From Pirellula staleyi DSM 6068 (GTDB taxonomy: Bacteria > Planctomycetota > Planctomycetia > Pirellulales > Pirellulaceae): a DNA stretch of 32,000 nt. Location: positions 3,420,001 to 3,452,000 of the forward strand of contig CP001848.1 in the NCBI GenBank assembly GCA_000025185.1. The letters are read 5' to 3'. Shown one piece after another: positions 9,701 through 17,339 of this stretch. The position numbers and the translations under genes are program-made. The number at the start of each line of letters is the position of its first letter. Position 1 is the first letter of the stretch. Under the pieces are notes generated by a model. That model did no database searches, had not been told where the DNA came from, and saw only the letters and a program-made list of their open reading frames with translations.

Positions 9701-10827
9701 GCAACCTTGGTAGCCCCATCGAAGTTGCCGCTGGCGAGAGCTTGATGGCCGAGTTTGACCATCGAGTCGGCTGTTGCGAATGCGGTGGCAGCAGCTTCAC
9801 GAAGTCCAGCCGAACCGAGCGTTGGGAGCGAGGCTCCTCCGTCAGCTTTGGCAGCGGTCACCATTTTGGTGAGGAATGCGAAGTCGGGCGATGATTTGCT
9901 TGCCTTCACATCCCACTTGAGCGAAACAGGCTTGCCATTCATTTCCCCTTCGACGGCGAAGGTGGCTTCGGGAGCGTTCTTCATACGGCCGATCACGATC
10001 GAATCGCGATCGAGACGCAGTGGATTCATGTTAGCTGGGTAGGCTTCGACAACATCAGCGGAAAGCGTGGTTTTGGTTGGCCAAACCACGTTGCCGTGAA
10101 CGGTGCGAGCCAGAGCCGAACCGGCCTGGTCGGGGGCACCGACTTCGTCGCTATCGATCACCAGATTGCCGCCCGTTTGTTTTGCCAGGGCTGCAAGCAT
10201 GGTGGCGTTGCGTTCTTGGCCGATAGCCAAAGCTGACACCGAGACGTGGGCCTTCGCCAGATCGCTCGAAAGCTTGCTGAACGAATCGGTGGTGAACATA
10301 TTGGCTTTGCTCATGCCATCGCCAAAGTACACCACGCTGCGAGCGTTTGTGCCTGGTTCGAACGCGGCTGCAGCGGTGCGAAGTCCCGCTTCCATGTCGG
10401 TGGCACCGAGTGGCGTGCGTGCCATCAGTTTGACAAGTGCGGCATCGAGTTCGGCGGAACCGACGGTCACAAAGCCGGTCGTGAGAGGCACTGCCTTCAC
10501 GTCGACAGCTACGAGTTTTACGCGATCGTTCTTTCCGAGTCCGCGAATCATCGCCGACAGGGCTTCGAGCGCGTCGTCGCGGTAAAGACCGCTTTGACTA
10601 GCCGAAGTATCGAACAGAATTACGACGTCATTTTTCTGGGTGGCATCGGGAGCCACTTGCGGCGTGACGCTCAGAGCGAAGTGGACATCGCCACTTCCGT
10701 CGTCAAACGTCGCAAGACGGGCAGCCTCGGTGCCCAACTTGGCCGTTTCCTCTGCAACGAGCGACGTGGCAAGAGCCAGCGTGAAGACTGGCAATAGCGC
10801 CAGTACCAGCGACCTGCGCAAAAGCAT
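6751..10827 (-). CDS. Giant secreted multidomain protein: VWA domain, coiled-coil/TPR-like region, STN-like domain, Gly/Phe-rich tract, DUF2135-like beta-sandwich and a Gly-rich C-terminus ending in Phe
   Basis: 1358-aa ORF with ATG at 10827, preceded by GGAG 9 nt upstream. The signal peptide is 'MLLRRSLVLALLPVFTLALATSLVA'. The VWA domain carries the MIDAS-like motif 'ILFDTSAS' (about 10138-10632). The STN/secretin-N-like block is 'SLDFVETPLSDVISFLQEVHGIPIVL...ISLRSTLRLLLSELELTYVVRDEVLQITTPE' (about 8560-8796). The Gly tract spans 8347-8475. The block 'VVVVSYGGDADVDISVEEPAGTVCSLTNPRSTSGGVL...GEYRVMIRGIYG' (about 7162-7521) resembles DUF2135. The C-terminus is '...AVISADRRYVRVSPSPTFSQVTEVSTFNYV...GGGNGFGGGGVGF'. 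Confidence 0.88.
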   Translation of the reverse strand: MLLRRSLVLALLPVFTLALATSLVAEETAKLGTEAARLATFDDGSGDVHFALSVTPQVAPDATQKNDVVILFDTSASQSGLYRDDALEALSAMIRGLGKNDRVKLVAVDVKAVPLTTGFVTVGSAELDAALVKLMARTPLGATDMEAGLRTAAAAFEPGTNARSVVYFGDGMSKANMFTTDSFSKLSSDLAKAHVSVSALAIGQERNATMLAALAKQTGGNLVIDSDEVGAPDQAGSALARTVHGNVVWPTKTTLSADVVEAYPANMNPLRLDRDSIVIGRMKNAPEATFAVEGEMNGKPVSLKWDVKASKSSPDFAFLTKMVTAAKADGGASLPTLGSAGLREAAATAFATADSMVKLGHQALASGNFDGATKVAEAALVADPGNPAAKALIEAAKKAKAATSPVRPVAAEDDLTLTKADDGAAAGTLLDEVLAEGAGDGFIRTVETDRAVRAGRLKAEVENILREARDTMGDNPEGSEQTLKVALQRIEEAADIDASTRKQLRDQLESAIRESKRVGIDFIERKAQAESQRASALERERLNRELVLKEQRIKQIMDRFDALMDERRYDIADIEVIPEITNLAPDTALSASATYGGRFQIHGHRMFELAAKRDRGFVDAMYQVELSTVPFPDEPPIVYPSAEKWEQITISRKKYAQVDLAKPGGSEERIFKALNGDASLDFVETPLSDVISFLQEVHGIPIVLMTKKLEEAGASVDTPITKTLSGISLRSTLRLLLSELELTYVVRDEVLQITTPEDAESQLITKVYPVGDLVLPIGINTNLFGLGGQGGINGGGGGQGGFGGGLGGGGGGFGGGGGGFGGGGGGGIFAVEDDLSLGTKSPAPAAPVNPPAAKVARPTAQAAEVPTAVRRPESAATSASAAKRITVTVPAGRTTAEAWDSFFASQKSSLAATPDDDKRSFTLRGDVRETVRVLMHEKKYEEVSHLLHGAMRHGMTESWMYEALGLSLQAAQASPDEIERALMSAVDFAETEEQMLFVAAYLSKAGLHARALQVFRQVGNVNPSRSEAFVQGLALAQRVNDRDAIKWACVGILSHAWPKELTAVSENAYRVGKATYEQLLREKKVEEAKAFDLAVRQANSRDCVVVVSYGGDADVDISVEEPAGTVCSLTNPRSTSGGVLIGDSTTNANDPLASSEKKEVYVCSEGFSGEYRVMIRGIYGRPTGGKVTVDIYTKYGTDEQKRMRKQIDLGEKNALVVFDVKEGRRNEPLAEAQVQNIAKVQNAVNRAILAQQLSSLDDSQAAREFAESVALAERLGLRAFRRGGVGYRPVIISLPEGANFNSNAVISADRRYVRVSPSPTFSQVTEVSTFNYVTGDSETQDQGNAGGGNGFGGGGVGF
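8347..8475 (-). repeat. Low-complexity CCA/CCG(+)/GGN(-) tract encoding a 43-residue Gly/Phe-rich segment
   Basis: The + strand reads ccaccaccaccaccgccaccgaagccaccaccaccgcc... On the - strand this encodes 'GLGGQGGINGGGGGQGGFGGGLGGGGGGFGGGGGGFGGGGGGG' (residues 785-827 of the 1358-aa protein). The tract generates spurious poly-Pro and poly-Thr ORFs in other frames. Confidence 0.9.
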
Positions 10828-11217
10828 GTGGAGAACTCCAATACCGATGTGACTAGACCGGCAATTTCTCTGTTCCGTAGAAAAACCGCAAGTCGCCCCT
10901 TAAATCTGGTCCCCGAGAGTGGGACCGGCAGCAGCGAACGCCGCCGTCTGTTCAGTTTATTCGGCTTACCGAGAATACGCTACCAAAAAAATACAAAATG
11001 CCGTTAAACCCGATGTTCGCACGTTCCGATCATACCGCCCACGGCACTTCGCAAGGAACATTCGGGCAAGTTCGGCCAGCGTCTCGTGCGGCAATCCGTC
11101 TCTAGAATAGTCTACTTACTGACTGTGTGTTTGTGCGGTCGAAAGAAAAGCCCGCGAGCCGGTTCAGCTTATTCAACCAATTGATTAGCAGAGGGGGCCC
11201 AGGGGGTCAGAAAGCGA

Positions 11218-11259
11218 CCGAGGCGGCCAACTGCCTCGAAAGACATTGGGCCGCCTCGG
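11218..11259 (-). terminator. GC-rich stem-loop downstream of the 11317-12489 gene (candidate terminator)
   Basis: A perfect 11-bp inverted repeat joins CCGAGGCGGCC (11218-11228) and GGCCGCCTCGG (11249-11259) around a 20-nt loop. It lies about 57 nt past the stop codon. The following - strand sequence 'tcgctttctg' is only weakly U-rich. Confidence 0.45.
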
Positions 11260-11316
11260 GGGCGCGTTCAGGATGCGATGGTTGTTCGGTTTGTGACAGC
11301 TTTCCCCTCGTTAGGG

Positions 11317-12489
11317 TTAGCGGCTCTCGGCAGTGGTCTGGGCTGTAGCTGTTTCAGCGGGCTGCTCATCGCCGGTGAGTTGCTGTTCGGTCTCAGCCTC
11401 GAAGGTAGCGCCTTCGTAGTCACTCCAATCGTGGGAGTCTTCGAGACCCACCTGATTTTGCCGACGCTCGCGAATCGCAAGTGGTAACACGACTTCGAGG
11501 CCACTTCGATCGACAGCGGACTCAATCTGTGTGGTGATTCCACGGCGATAGAAGGCAATCGTTGATTGTGAATCGCTTTGCATCAGCCACTCGAAAAGCC
11601 CATCCACCTGTCGGCGAGTCGCGGAAAGCAACATCAGCCGACCGGTGGAAGTGGACTCAGCGTGGGCTTGCTCTTGAGCGGGTTGGCTTGCACTTGGCGA
11701 TGGGTTATCACGTTTTTCTCGAGGGATTTCGCGTTTACGAGCAAGTGGTTGCTGCTCTTGCTCGAGCGATCGGCCGAGCGACAGCAGGGGAAAGAAATCG
11801 TCGGCAAGACGAATCATCGAGCCACTGCTTGGCAGTTTCTCGCTACCGGCAATCGTGGACGAGCTGATCATTGTGCTTACATCCAGGTGATCGATCGCCA
11901 CGATCTCGTGGCCGGCTCGTTTCCAGAGCACAAGATGCGTTTGCCCTTCCAGCACCACGGCGCGAGCTTCATCGATCTGGGTGGCCAGTTCGCTTCGCAA
12001 TGGACCGTGGGGCACTCGACTGGTGACCACCAGGGGGGAGTTTTCGCTCGTCAGTTCCACGCTAGGGGCTGCTGTGATCATCCCAAGAGCCGATGCGATG
12101 TCGCTGGGGGTAACTGGCGAGGATGTCGCGTCGGCCTCCACGGCGACCGTCGGGCTGTAGATCTCGCCGGTTACTGCATCGAGGCCGCACGAACCTTCGT
12201 AGCCGATCGAAGCCGAGATCTCTCGCGGGGCAATGCTGGCGTGCAGGTCGCTGGTAAGTAGTGTGGGAGAACGATCGACCGGCAGGATGGCGACGGTGGT
12301 CTCACGGTTCGTGGCAAGGAGCGGACGAGCTGTGGGATCGATCGTCACAGGGGCCGTGAGCGACACCTTCTCGCGCAGCGGAGCATATTTCGGCTGTGGC
12401 TTGGCGGATTGCTCGGGCCGGCCGATGGCGGCAACGGCTGCGCCAAGCAAGCCGAGCAACACAAAAACGGCCTGGAAGGAGCGATTCAT
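11317..12489 (-). CDS. Hypothetical secreted protein (no recognisable domain)
   Basis: The ORF runs to 12564, but the ATG at 12489 gives a canonical signal peptide 'MNRSFQAVFVLLGLLGAAVAAIG' and has GGGAG about 10 nt upstream. The C-terminal tail is acidic. No motif was recognised. Confidence 0.65.
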   Translation of the reverse strand: MNRSFQAVFVLLGLLGAAVAAIGRPEQSAKPQPKYAPLREKVSLTAPVTIDPTARPLLATNRETTVAILPVDRSPTLLTSDLHASIAPREISASIGYEGSCGLDAVTGEIYSPTVAVEADATSSPVTPSDIASALGMITAAPSVELTSENSPLVVTSRVPHGPLRSELATQIDEARAVVLEGQTHLVLWKRAGHEIVAIDHLDVSTMISSSTIAGSEKLPSSGSMIRLADDFFPLLSLGRSLEQEQQPLARKREIPREKRDNPSPSASQPAQEQAHAESTSTGRLMLLSATRRQVDGLFEWLMQSDSQSTIAFYRRGITTQIESAVDRSGLEVVLPLAIRERRQNQVGLEDSHDWSDYEGATFEAETEQQLTGDEQPAETATAQTTAESR

Positions 12490-12810
12490 TCGCGGCAAAC
12501 TCCCGTCAAATCCGTGGGGTGCAAGTCGCGGGGAGGCGCTTGCAGGTGCCTGAGGAAAGGTCAACGAGCGAGGTGCACAACCATCGCCCCTTGATAATCA
12601 AAGGTGCCGGTAGCAACGGTGTCTCTGGCGGCGGGGCGAAGTCCGGGGAGGACGTTTCGCATAGCTCACACCAAGCGAGATGCAACAGGTACCGGTGATA
12701 TCGGAGTCTGATGTCTGCAGAAATTAGGTAAATGGCGTTGGCCTGCAAAACCGTACCGGTCATACCTAGGCGGTAGGTGGCGATTGATGGGTGGAATAGG
12801 AGGGATTGAT

Positions 12811-12838
12811 GTGAGTGATTCAGTGAAACATCACTCAC
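12811..12838. other. Perfect 9-bp inverted repeat (stem-loop) of unknown function in a gene-free region
   Basis: GTGAGTGAT (12811-12819) pairs with ATCACTCAC (12830-12838) around a 10-nt loop. There is no U-tract on either strand. Confidence 0.5.
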
Positions 12839-13256
12839 CCTTGCTATTGGGCGCGCAGCAAGCATCAAGATGATCCGATGCGTTCAGGTCGGTCAGGAGT
12901 GGCTAGAAAATGGGCAAGCTACATCCACAGTCCGGAAGTGCAGCCATAAGGCGACTTCATTTACCACTGGCCCGAGCACCGATTTCGACACCTGCCTACC
13001 TCTTGGGCACCCCTGTGGCATCAAAACTCATCACTCCTCGACCCTGTTTTTCGCTATTCTTCTTGAAATCATCGATTTCCACGCATCGGTGATGGCAAGG
13101 GTATGGCAGTTGCTCTTTCAGAACCAATTGGTGCGAGCTTTCCGGCATTGCGGCCTTCGCAGCGGAATGATCGCCGGTTACCGTAAAGCTTGCCGAATTC
13201 AACATAAATCCCCCAGGCTACGCAGCCGATAGTGATCATCTGCAAACCTTGGTGGA

Positions 13257-13293
13257 CAAGCTAGGTCGGAGTTCCAGATTCCGACCCAGCTTG
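13257..13293. promoter_or_regulatory. Extended 13-bp stem-loop about 130 nt upstream of the transglutaminase-family gene
   Basis: CAAGCT-a-GGTCGGA (13257-13270) pairs with TCCGACC-c-AGCTTG (13280-13293). The stem has one a/c mismatch and a 9-nt loop. The function (5'-UTR element, operator or terminator) is unknown. Confidence 0.4.
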
Positions 13294-13420
13294 GAAGTAG
13301 TGCGAGTCGCGGTTCGATTCATGCCATGGCGGGCGACGCTTCGATCGCGGCAAGGTGTTTGCTTCCCTGCGGCGGGACATAGTTCCCGTTGATCCCTTAG
13401 CCCGAAGTTAGAACCTAGCC

Positions 13421-16400
13421 ATGGCCATTCGTGTCGCCCTGCATCACAAGACGGAATATGCCTACGATCGTCTTATTACGGCCCTGCCGCACGTGGTTCG
13501 GCTGCGCCCCGCACCTCATTGCCGCACGCCGATTCTCAGCTATTCGCTGAAAGTGCAGCCGGAACCTCACTTCCTCAATTGGCAACAAGACCCGTACAAC
13601 AACTTCCTCGCTCGCTTGGTGTTTCCCGAAGCCACCAAGATCGTTTCGTTCGAAGTCGATCTGATCGCCGAGATGACGGTGATCAATCCGTTCGACTTCT
13701 TCATTGAAAGCTCGGCCGAGAAGTTCCCGTTCACTTACGACACCATCCTCTCGCGCGAACTGACGCCGTACTTCGAAAAAGAAGAGCTCGGTCCTTGTCT
13801 GGCGAAACTTGTCAGCGATCAGCGGGGCGAGGAGGAGCGAACCGTCGACTTTCTGGTGCGCATCAATCAAGCGGTGAAAGATGCCGTGGGTTATGTGATT
13901 CGCCTCGAGCCCGGCATTCAGACCTGCGAAGAAACCCTCACTAAGAAAACAGGTTCTTGTCGCGATAGCGCTTGGCTCTTGGTGCAGTTGCTACGTCACC
14001 TCGGCTTGGCCGCGCGATTTGTTTCCGGCTATTTGATTCAGCTGACAGCCGACGTGAAATCGCTCGATGGACCGAGTGGAACGGAAGTCGATTTCACCGA
14101 TCTACACGCCTGGACCGAAGTCTATATCCCCGGCGCAGGCTGGATCGGACTCGACCCCACCTCTGGTCTTCTCGCTGGCGAAGGGCATATCCCACTCGCT
14201 TGTGCAGCTGATCCGATTTCGGCAGCGCCGATCACCGGTTCGTTCGAGTTCACCGTCGATCCTGAAAAGCCCGACGACAAAGTTCGCGAAGATTTCCGCT
14301 TCGAAATGTCGGTCACGCGTGTTCACGAAGACCCGCGCGTCACGAAGCCATACACACCGCGTCAGTGGCAAGCGATCGAGTCCCTCGGCCATCGGGTCGA
14401 CGAAGAGCTCTCGACCTCCGACGTTCGTTTAACGATGGGTGGCGAGCCGACCTTTGTTTCCATCGATAATCGCGACGCACCTGAATGGAACACCGCTGCT
14501 TTGGGGCCACACAAGCGCGAGCGTGCCGGCGTGCTGTTTCGCCGATTACGCGATCGCATGGCTCCTGGCGGACTCTTGCACTTTGGACAAGGGAAGTGGT
14601 ATCCCGGTGAATCTTTGCCACGCTGGGCGCTCGGCTGTTATTGGCGAAAAGATGGCGTCGCGATCTGGGAAGATCCATCGCTGGTTGCTGAAGACGACGT
14701 GAAATATCCGTGGACTTCCGACGATGCCAAGGCATTTGCGCATTCCCTCGCGCGACGGCTTGGTGTCGATCCACAACTGGCCAATCCAGGCTTTGAAGAT
14801 GTTTGGTACTACCTCTGGCGCGAACGTCGTTTGCCAGTGAACGTCGATCCTCTCGACAGCAAGCTCGACGACAAAGAAGAACGAAAGCGCCTGAGCAAAG
14901 TCTTCACGCAAGGTCTCGACCGCGTGATCGGCTACGCATTGCCGCTGCGACGTGTTTACACGCCGATGGGGCCGAAGTGGATCAGCGGGCACTGGTTCTT
15001 GCGCCGCGAGCATATGTTCTTGGTTCCCGGCGATTCGCCGATGGGATTCCGACTGCCGCTCGATAGCATTCCTTGGCAAGTTCCCGGCGATCGTGAGGAA
15101 GACTTTGAAGTCGATCCGATGACCCGCTTGCCAGCGCTGCCACCTCGCAATTCGCAGTACAAGCATCCCGCCTTCCATCCCGATGGAATTCCGGGACCTT
15201 GGAATGTCAGCCCATGGGGAGCCACTCCCTTTGCGCCGCCATCGTATTTGACTCGCAATGGACAGAACCAAGTCGGCTCGGGATTAGGTCCCGCCGCGCC
15301 ACTGCTGCAGACGCCGCTCAGCCGCAGCTTGTCGCCGATGATCGACCCATCGAACAACGCACCTCTAGTGCGCGATTTGGCACGCGATTGGCAGCAGAAT
15401 CGTTCGCTGCTTTCACCTCCGGGGCTCAACGAGAGTCGTCCAGGCATTGTGCGAACAGCACTCTGCGTGGAAGTGCGCGACGGAAAAATGTTTGTCTTCA
15501 TGCCACCGCAAACGATCCTCGAGGACTACCTCGATCTCGTGGCGGCTGTCGAAGCTACGGCTGCCGAACTCGATATTCCGGTGATGCTCGAAGGCTATTC
15601 ACCTCCGGGCGATCCACGCATCGAGCACTTCAAGGTCACACCCGATCCAGGCGTGATTGAAGTGAACGTGCAGCCCGCTCACAGCTGGGACGAAATGGTG
15701 AATCTCACCAACGTTGTGTACGAAGAAGCTCATTTCTCGCGTCTATGTACCGAGAAGTTCATGCTCGATGGCAAGCATACCGGCACCGGTGGTGGCAATC
15801 ATATTGTCGTGGGTGGTAATACACCGGCCGACAGCCCGCTGCTCCGTCGTCCGCATCTGCTTCGTAGTTTGCTGGCGTATTGGCACAACCATCCGTCGCT
15901 GTCGTACTTGTTCTCCGGCATGTTCCTAGGCCCTACGAGCCAAGCGCCGCGCGTCGACGAAGCACGTAACGATAGTTTGTATGAGCTCGAACTCGCGTTT
16001 CAGCAGATTCCCGACGATGGCTACACGCCACCATGGCTGGTCGATCGTGTGTTCCGTCATTTGCTTACCGACGTGACTGGCAACACCCATCGGGCTGAAT
16101 TCTGCATTGATAAGCTCTACAGCCCCGATTCGGCTGATGGGCGTCGAGGTTTGCTCGAGTTCCGCGCGTTCGAAATGCCTCCTCACGCGCAAATGAGCCT
16201 CACGCAGCAATTGCTGATGCGGGCTCTCATCGCACGCTTCTGGGATCGGCCTTACAAAGCAAAGCTCGCTCGCTGGGGAACGGAGCTTCACGACCGTTTT
16301 CTGCTGCCACACTTTGTACAGCAAGATTTCCAAGATGTGCTGTTCGAGATGCGCGAACTGGGCTACCCGATGCAAGAAGCCTGGTTTGCTCCGCACTTCG

Positions 16401-17068
16401 AATTCCGCTTTCCCGTTTTGGGGACGATTCAGCAGCGCGGCGTGCAACTCGAGCTACGTCAGGCCATCGAGTGCTGGCATGTGCTCGGCGAAGAAGCGAC
16501 AGGTGGCGGAACTGCCCGCTATGTCGATTCGTCGCTCGAACGTATTCAGATCAAAGTCGATGGCATGACCGACACGCGGCATGTCGTCACCTGCAATGGC
16601 CGCCGTGTTCCGTTGCACCCGACCGGTGTAAATGGGCAATTCGTGGCCGGTGTTCGCTACCGTGCCTGGCAGCCACCCAGCTGTCTGCACCCCACAATCG
16701 GCGTGAACGCACCCCTGGTGATCGATGTGATCGACAGCTGGATGAACCGTTCGCTCGGCGGTTGCAGCTACCACGTGGCTCACCCAGGTGGTCGCAGTCA
16801 CGAAACGTTCCCGGTCAACTCGTTCGAAGCAGAAGGTCGCCGGCACGCACGGTTCTTCGCGATGAACCACACGCCAGGATCGATCTACATTCCTGCGGAA
16901 GAAATTCACCCCGAATGTCCTCTGACGCTCGATTTGCGACAAGCGGTGATTCCACCTGCTCCGGTTCCGTCAGAAGCTTCGAGCGGCCAAGTGCGGGCCG
17001 GAAGCAACGGTCGCGTCGGAAAGCCTCACACCGTCAACACCGCGACGGCTGAGCATACGGCTTGGTAA
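13421..17068 (+). CDS. Large transglutaminase-family protein (Bact_transglu_N + transglutaminase core + DUF2126-type C-terminal region)
   Basis: 1215-aa ORF with ATG at 13421. The N-terminus 'MAIRVALHHKTEYAYDRLITALPHVVRLRP' is typical of the bacterial transglutaminase N-domain. The putative Cys-His-Asp triad sits in 'GSCRDSAW' (Cys codon 13958-13960), 'DLHAWTEVY' and 'GLDPTSG'. The long C-terminal part ('RTALCVEVRDGKMFVFMPP', 'GTGGGNHIVVGG', 'LLEFRAFEMPPH') matches my recollection of DUF2126. Confidence 0.88.
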   Translation: MAIRVALHHKTEYAYDRLITALPHVVRLRPAPHCRTPILSYSLKVQPEPHFLNWQQDPYNNFLARLVFPEATKIVSFEVDLIAEMTVINPFDFFIESSAEKFPFTYDTILSRELTPYFEKEELGPCLAKLVSDQRGEEERTVDFLVRINQAVKDAVGYVIRLEPGIQTCEETLTKKTGSCRDSAWLLVQLLRHLGLAARFVSGYLIQLTADVKSLDGPSGTEVDFTDLHAWTEVYIPGAGWIGLDPTSGLLAGEGHIPLACAADPISAAPITGSFEFTVDPEKPDDKVREDFRFEMSVTRVHEDPRVTKPYTPRQWQAIESLGHRVDEELSTSDVRLTMGGEPTFVSIDNRDAPEWNTAALGPHKRERAGVLFRRLRDRMAPGGLLHFGQGKWYPGESLPRWALGCYWRKDGVAIWEDPSLVAEDDVKYPWTSDDAKAFAHSLARRLGVDPQLANPGFEDVWYYLWRERRLPVNVDPLDSKLDDKEERKRLSKVFTQGLDRVIGYALPLRRVYTPMGPKWISGHWFLRREHMFLVPGDSPMGFRLPLDSIPWQVPGDREEDFEVDPMTRLPALPPRNSQYKHPAFHPDGIPGPWNVSPWGATPFAPPSYLTRNGQNQVGSGLGPAAPLLQTPLSRSLSPMIDPSNNAPLVRDLARDWQQNRSLLSPPGLNESRPGIVRTALCVEVRDGKMFVFMPPQTILEDYLDLVAAVEATAAELDIPVMLEGYSPPGDPRIEHFKVTPDPGVIEVNVQPAHSWDEMVNLTNVVYEEAHFSRLCTEKFMLDGKHTGTGGGNHIVVGGNTPADSPLLRRPHLLRSLLAYWHNHPSLSYLFSGMFLGPTSQAPRVDEARNDSLYELELAFQQIPDDGYTPPWLVDRVFRHLLTDVTGNTHRAEFCIDKLYSPDSADGRRGLLEFRAFEMPPHAQMSLTQQLLMRALIARFWDRPYKAKLARWGTELHDRFLLPHFVQQDFQDVLFEMRELGYPMQEAWFAPHFEFRFPVLGTIQQRGVQLELRQAIECWHVLGEEATGGGTARYVDSSLERIQIKVDGMTDTRHVVTCNGRRVPLHPTGVNGQFVAGVRYRAWQPPSCLHPTIGVNAPLVIDVIDSWMNRSLGGCSYHVAHPGGRSHETFPVNSFEAEGRRHARFFAMNHTPGSIYIPAEEIHPECPLTLDLRQAVIPPAPVPSEASSGQVRAGSNGRVGKPHTVNTATAEHTAW

Positions 17069-17091
17069 AAAGCTTTCGTAGTGTCTAGAGT

Positions 17092-17118
17092 TTTCGGCAG
17101 GAAAAACGTTTGCCGAAA
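17092..17118 (+). terminator. Intrinsic-terminator-like hairpin after the transglutaminase-family gene
   Basis: An 8-bp stem joins TTTCGGCA (17092-17099) and TGCCGAAA (17111-17118), followed immediately by TTTT. It begins 24 nt after the TAA at 17066-17068. Confidence 0.6.
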
Positions 17119-17123
17119 TTTTC

Positions 17124-17154
17124 GGAGGCAGCAAATCAATTGTTTGCTGCCTCC
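17124..17154 (+). terminator. Second, stronger hairpin in tandem (12-bp perfect stem)
   Basis: GGAGGCAGCAAA (17124-17135) pairs with TTTGCTGCCTCC (17143-17154) around the 7-nt loop TCAATTG. There is no U-tract after it, so it may act as a terminator, a stabiliser or a protein-binding site. Confidence 0.5.
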
Positions 17155-17339
17155 CGACCTCAAAGGCCGCGTCACCTGCCATCTTCCCCCCGAGAACGGC
17201 TAGTTTCTCGCCGCAACTCGCTTACAGCGGCGATTGCCCCCTATTTTTGGGCTCCGCGGTTTGCTAGGTTTTCTCCGCTGTCTCCATGCATCGAGGCAGA
17301 GATCACATTCGCAATACAAGCAATCGGGAGAGTTCCATC

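Noticed and set aside
7537-9894. 785-aa ORF on the + strand, the second-longest ORF in this part of the window.
   Set aside because: It lies entirely antisense to the well-supported 1358-aa gene. Its composition mirrors that gene, for example 'TTTTATEATTTATESATTTTKTTT' opposite the Gly tract. It has no signal, domain or SD evidence. It is a typical shadow ORF in GC-rich DNA.
12930-12951. 'GTCCGGAAGTGCAGCCATAAGG', which resembles the conserved SRP (4.5S) RNA helix-8 core 'GUCCGGAAGGAAGCAGCCAAGG'.
   Set aside because: The 3' side lacks the GGA needed to close the GGAA tetraloop, and the 5' side lacks the 'GGU...CAGG' partner strand. I could only pair short flanking pieces (AGTGG/CCACT, AAATG/CATTT). 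It is probably a chance match, and only a covariance-model scan could revive it.
12870-13232. 120-aa (+) and 69-aa (-, 12996-13205) ORFs inside the 855-nt gene-free region.
   Set aside because: Neither has an SD, and both have odd composition (Cys/His/Arg-rich or no hydrophobic core). They overlap each other and neither resembles a known fold. They are kept only as part of the 'unexplained region' finding.
13301-13325. 'GCGGTTCGATTCATGC', a T-loop-like GGTTCGATTC motif suggesting a tRNA or tmRNA 3' domain.
   Set aside because: The flanks do not form a 5-bp T-stem (CGCGG against CATGC). No acceptor stem or CCA context could be built on either strand.
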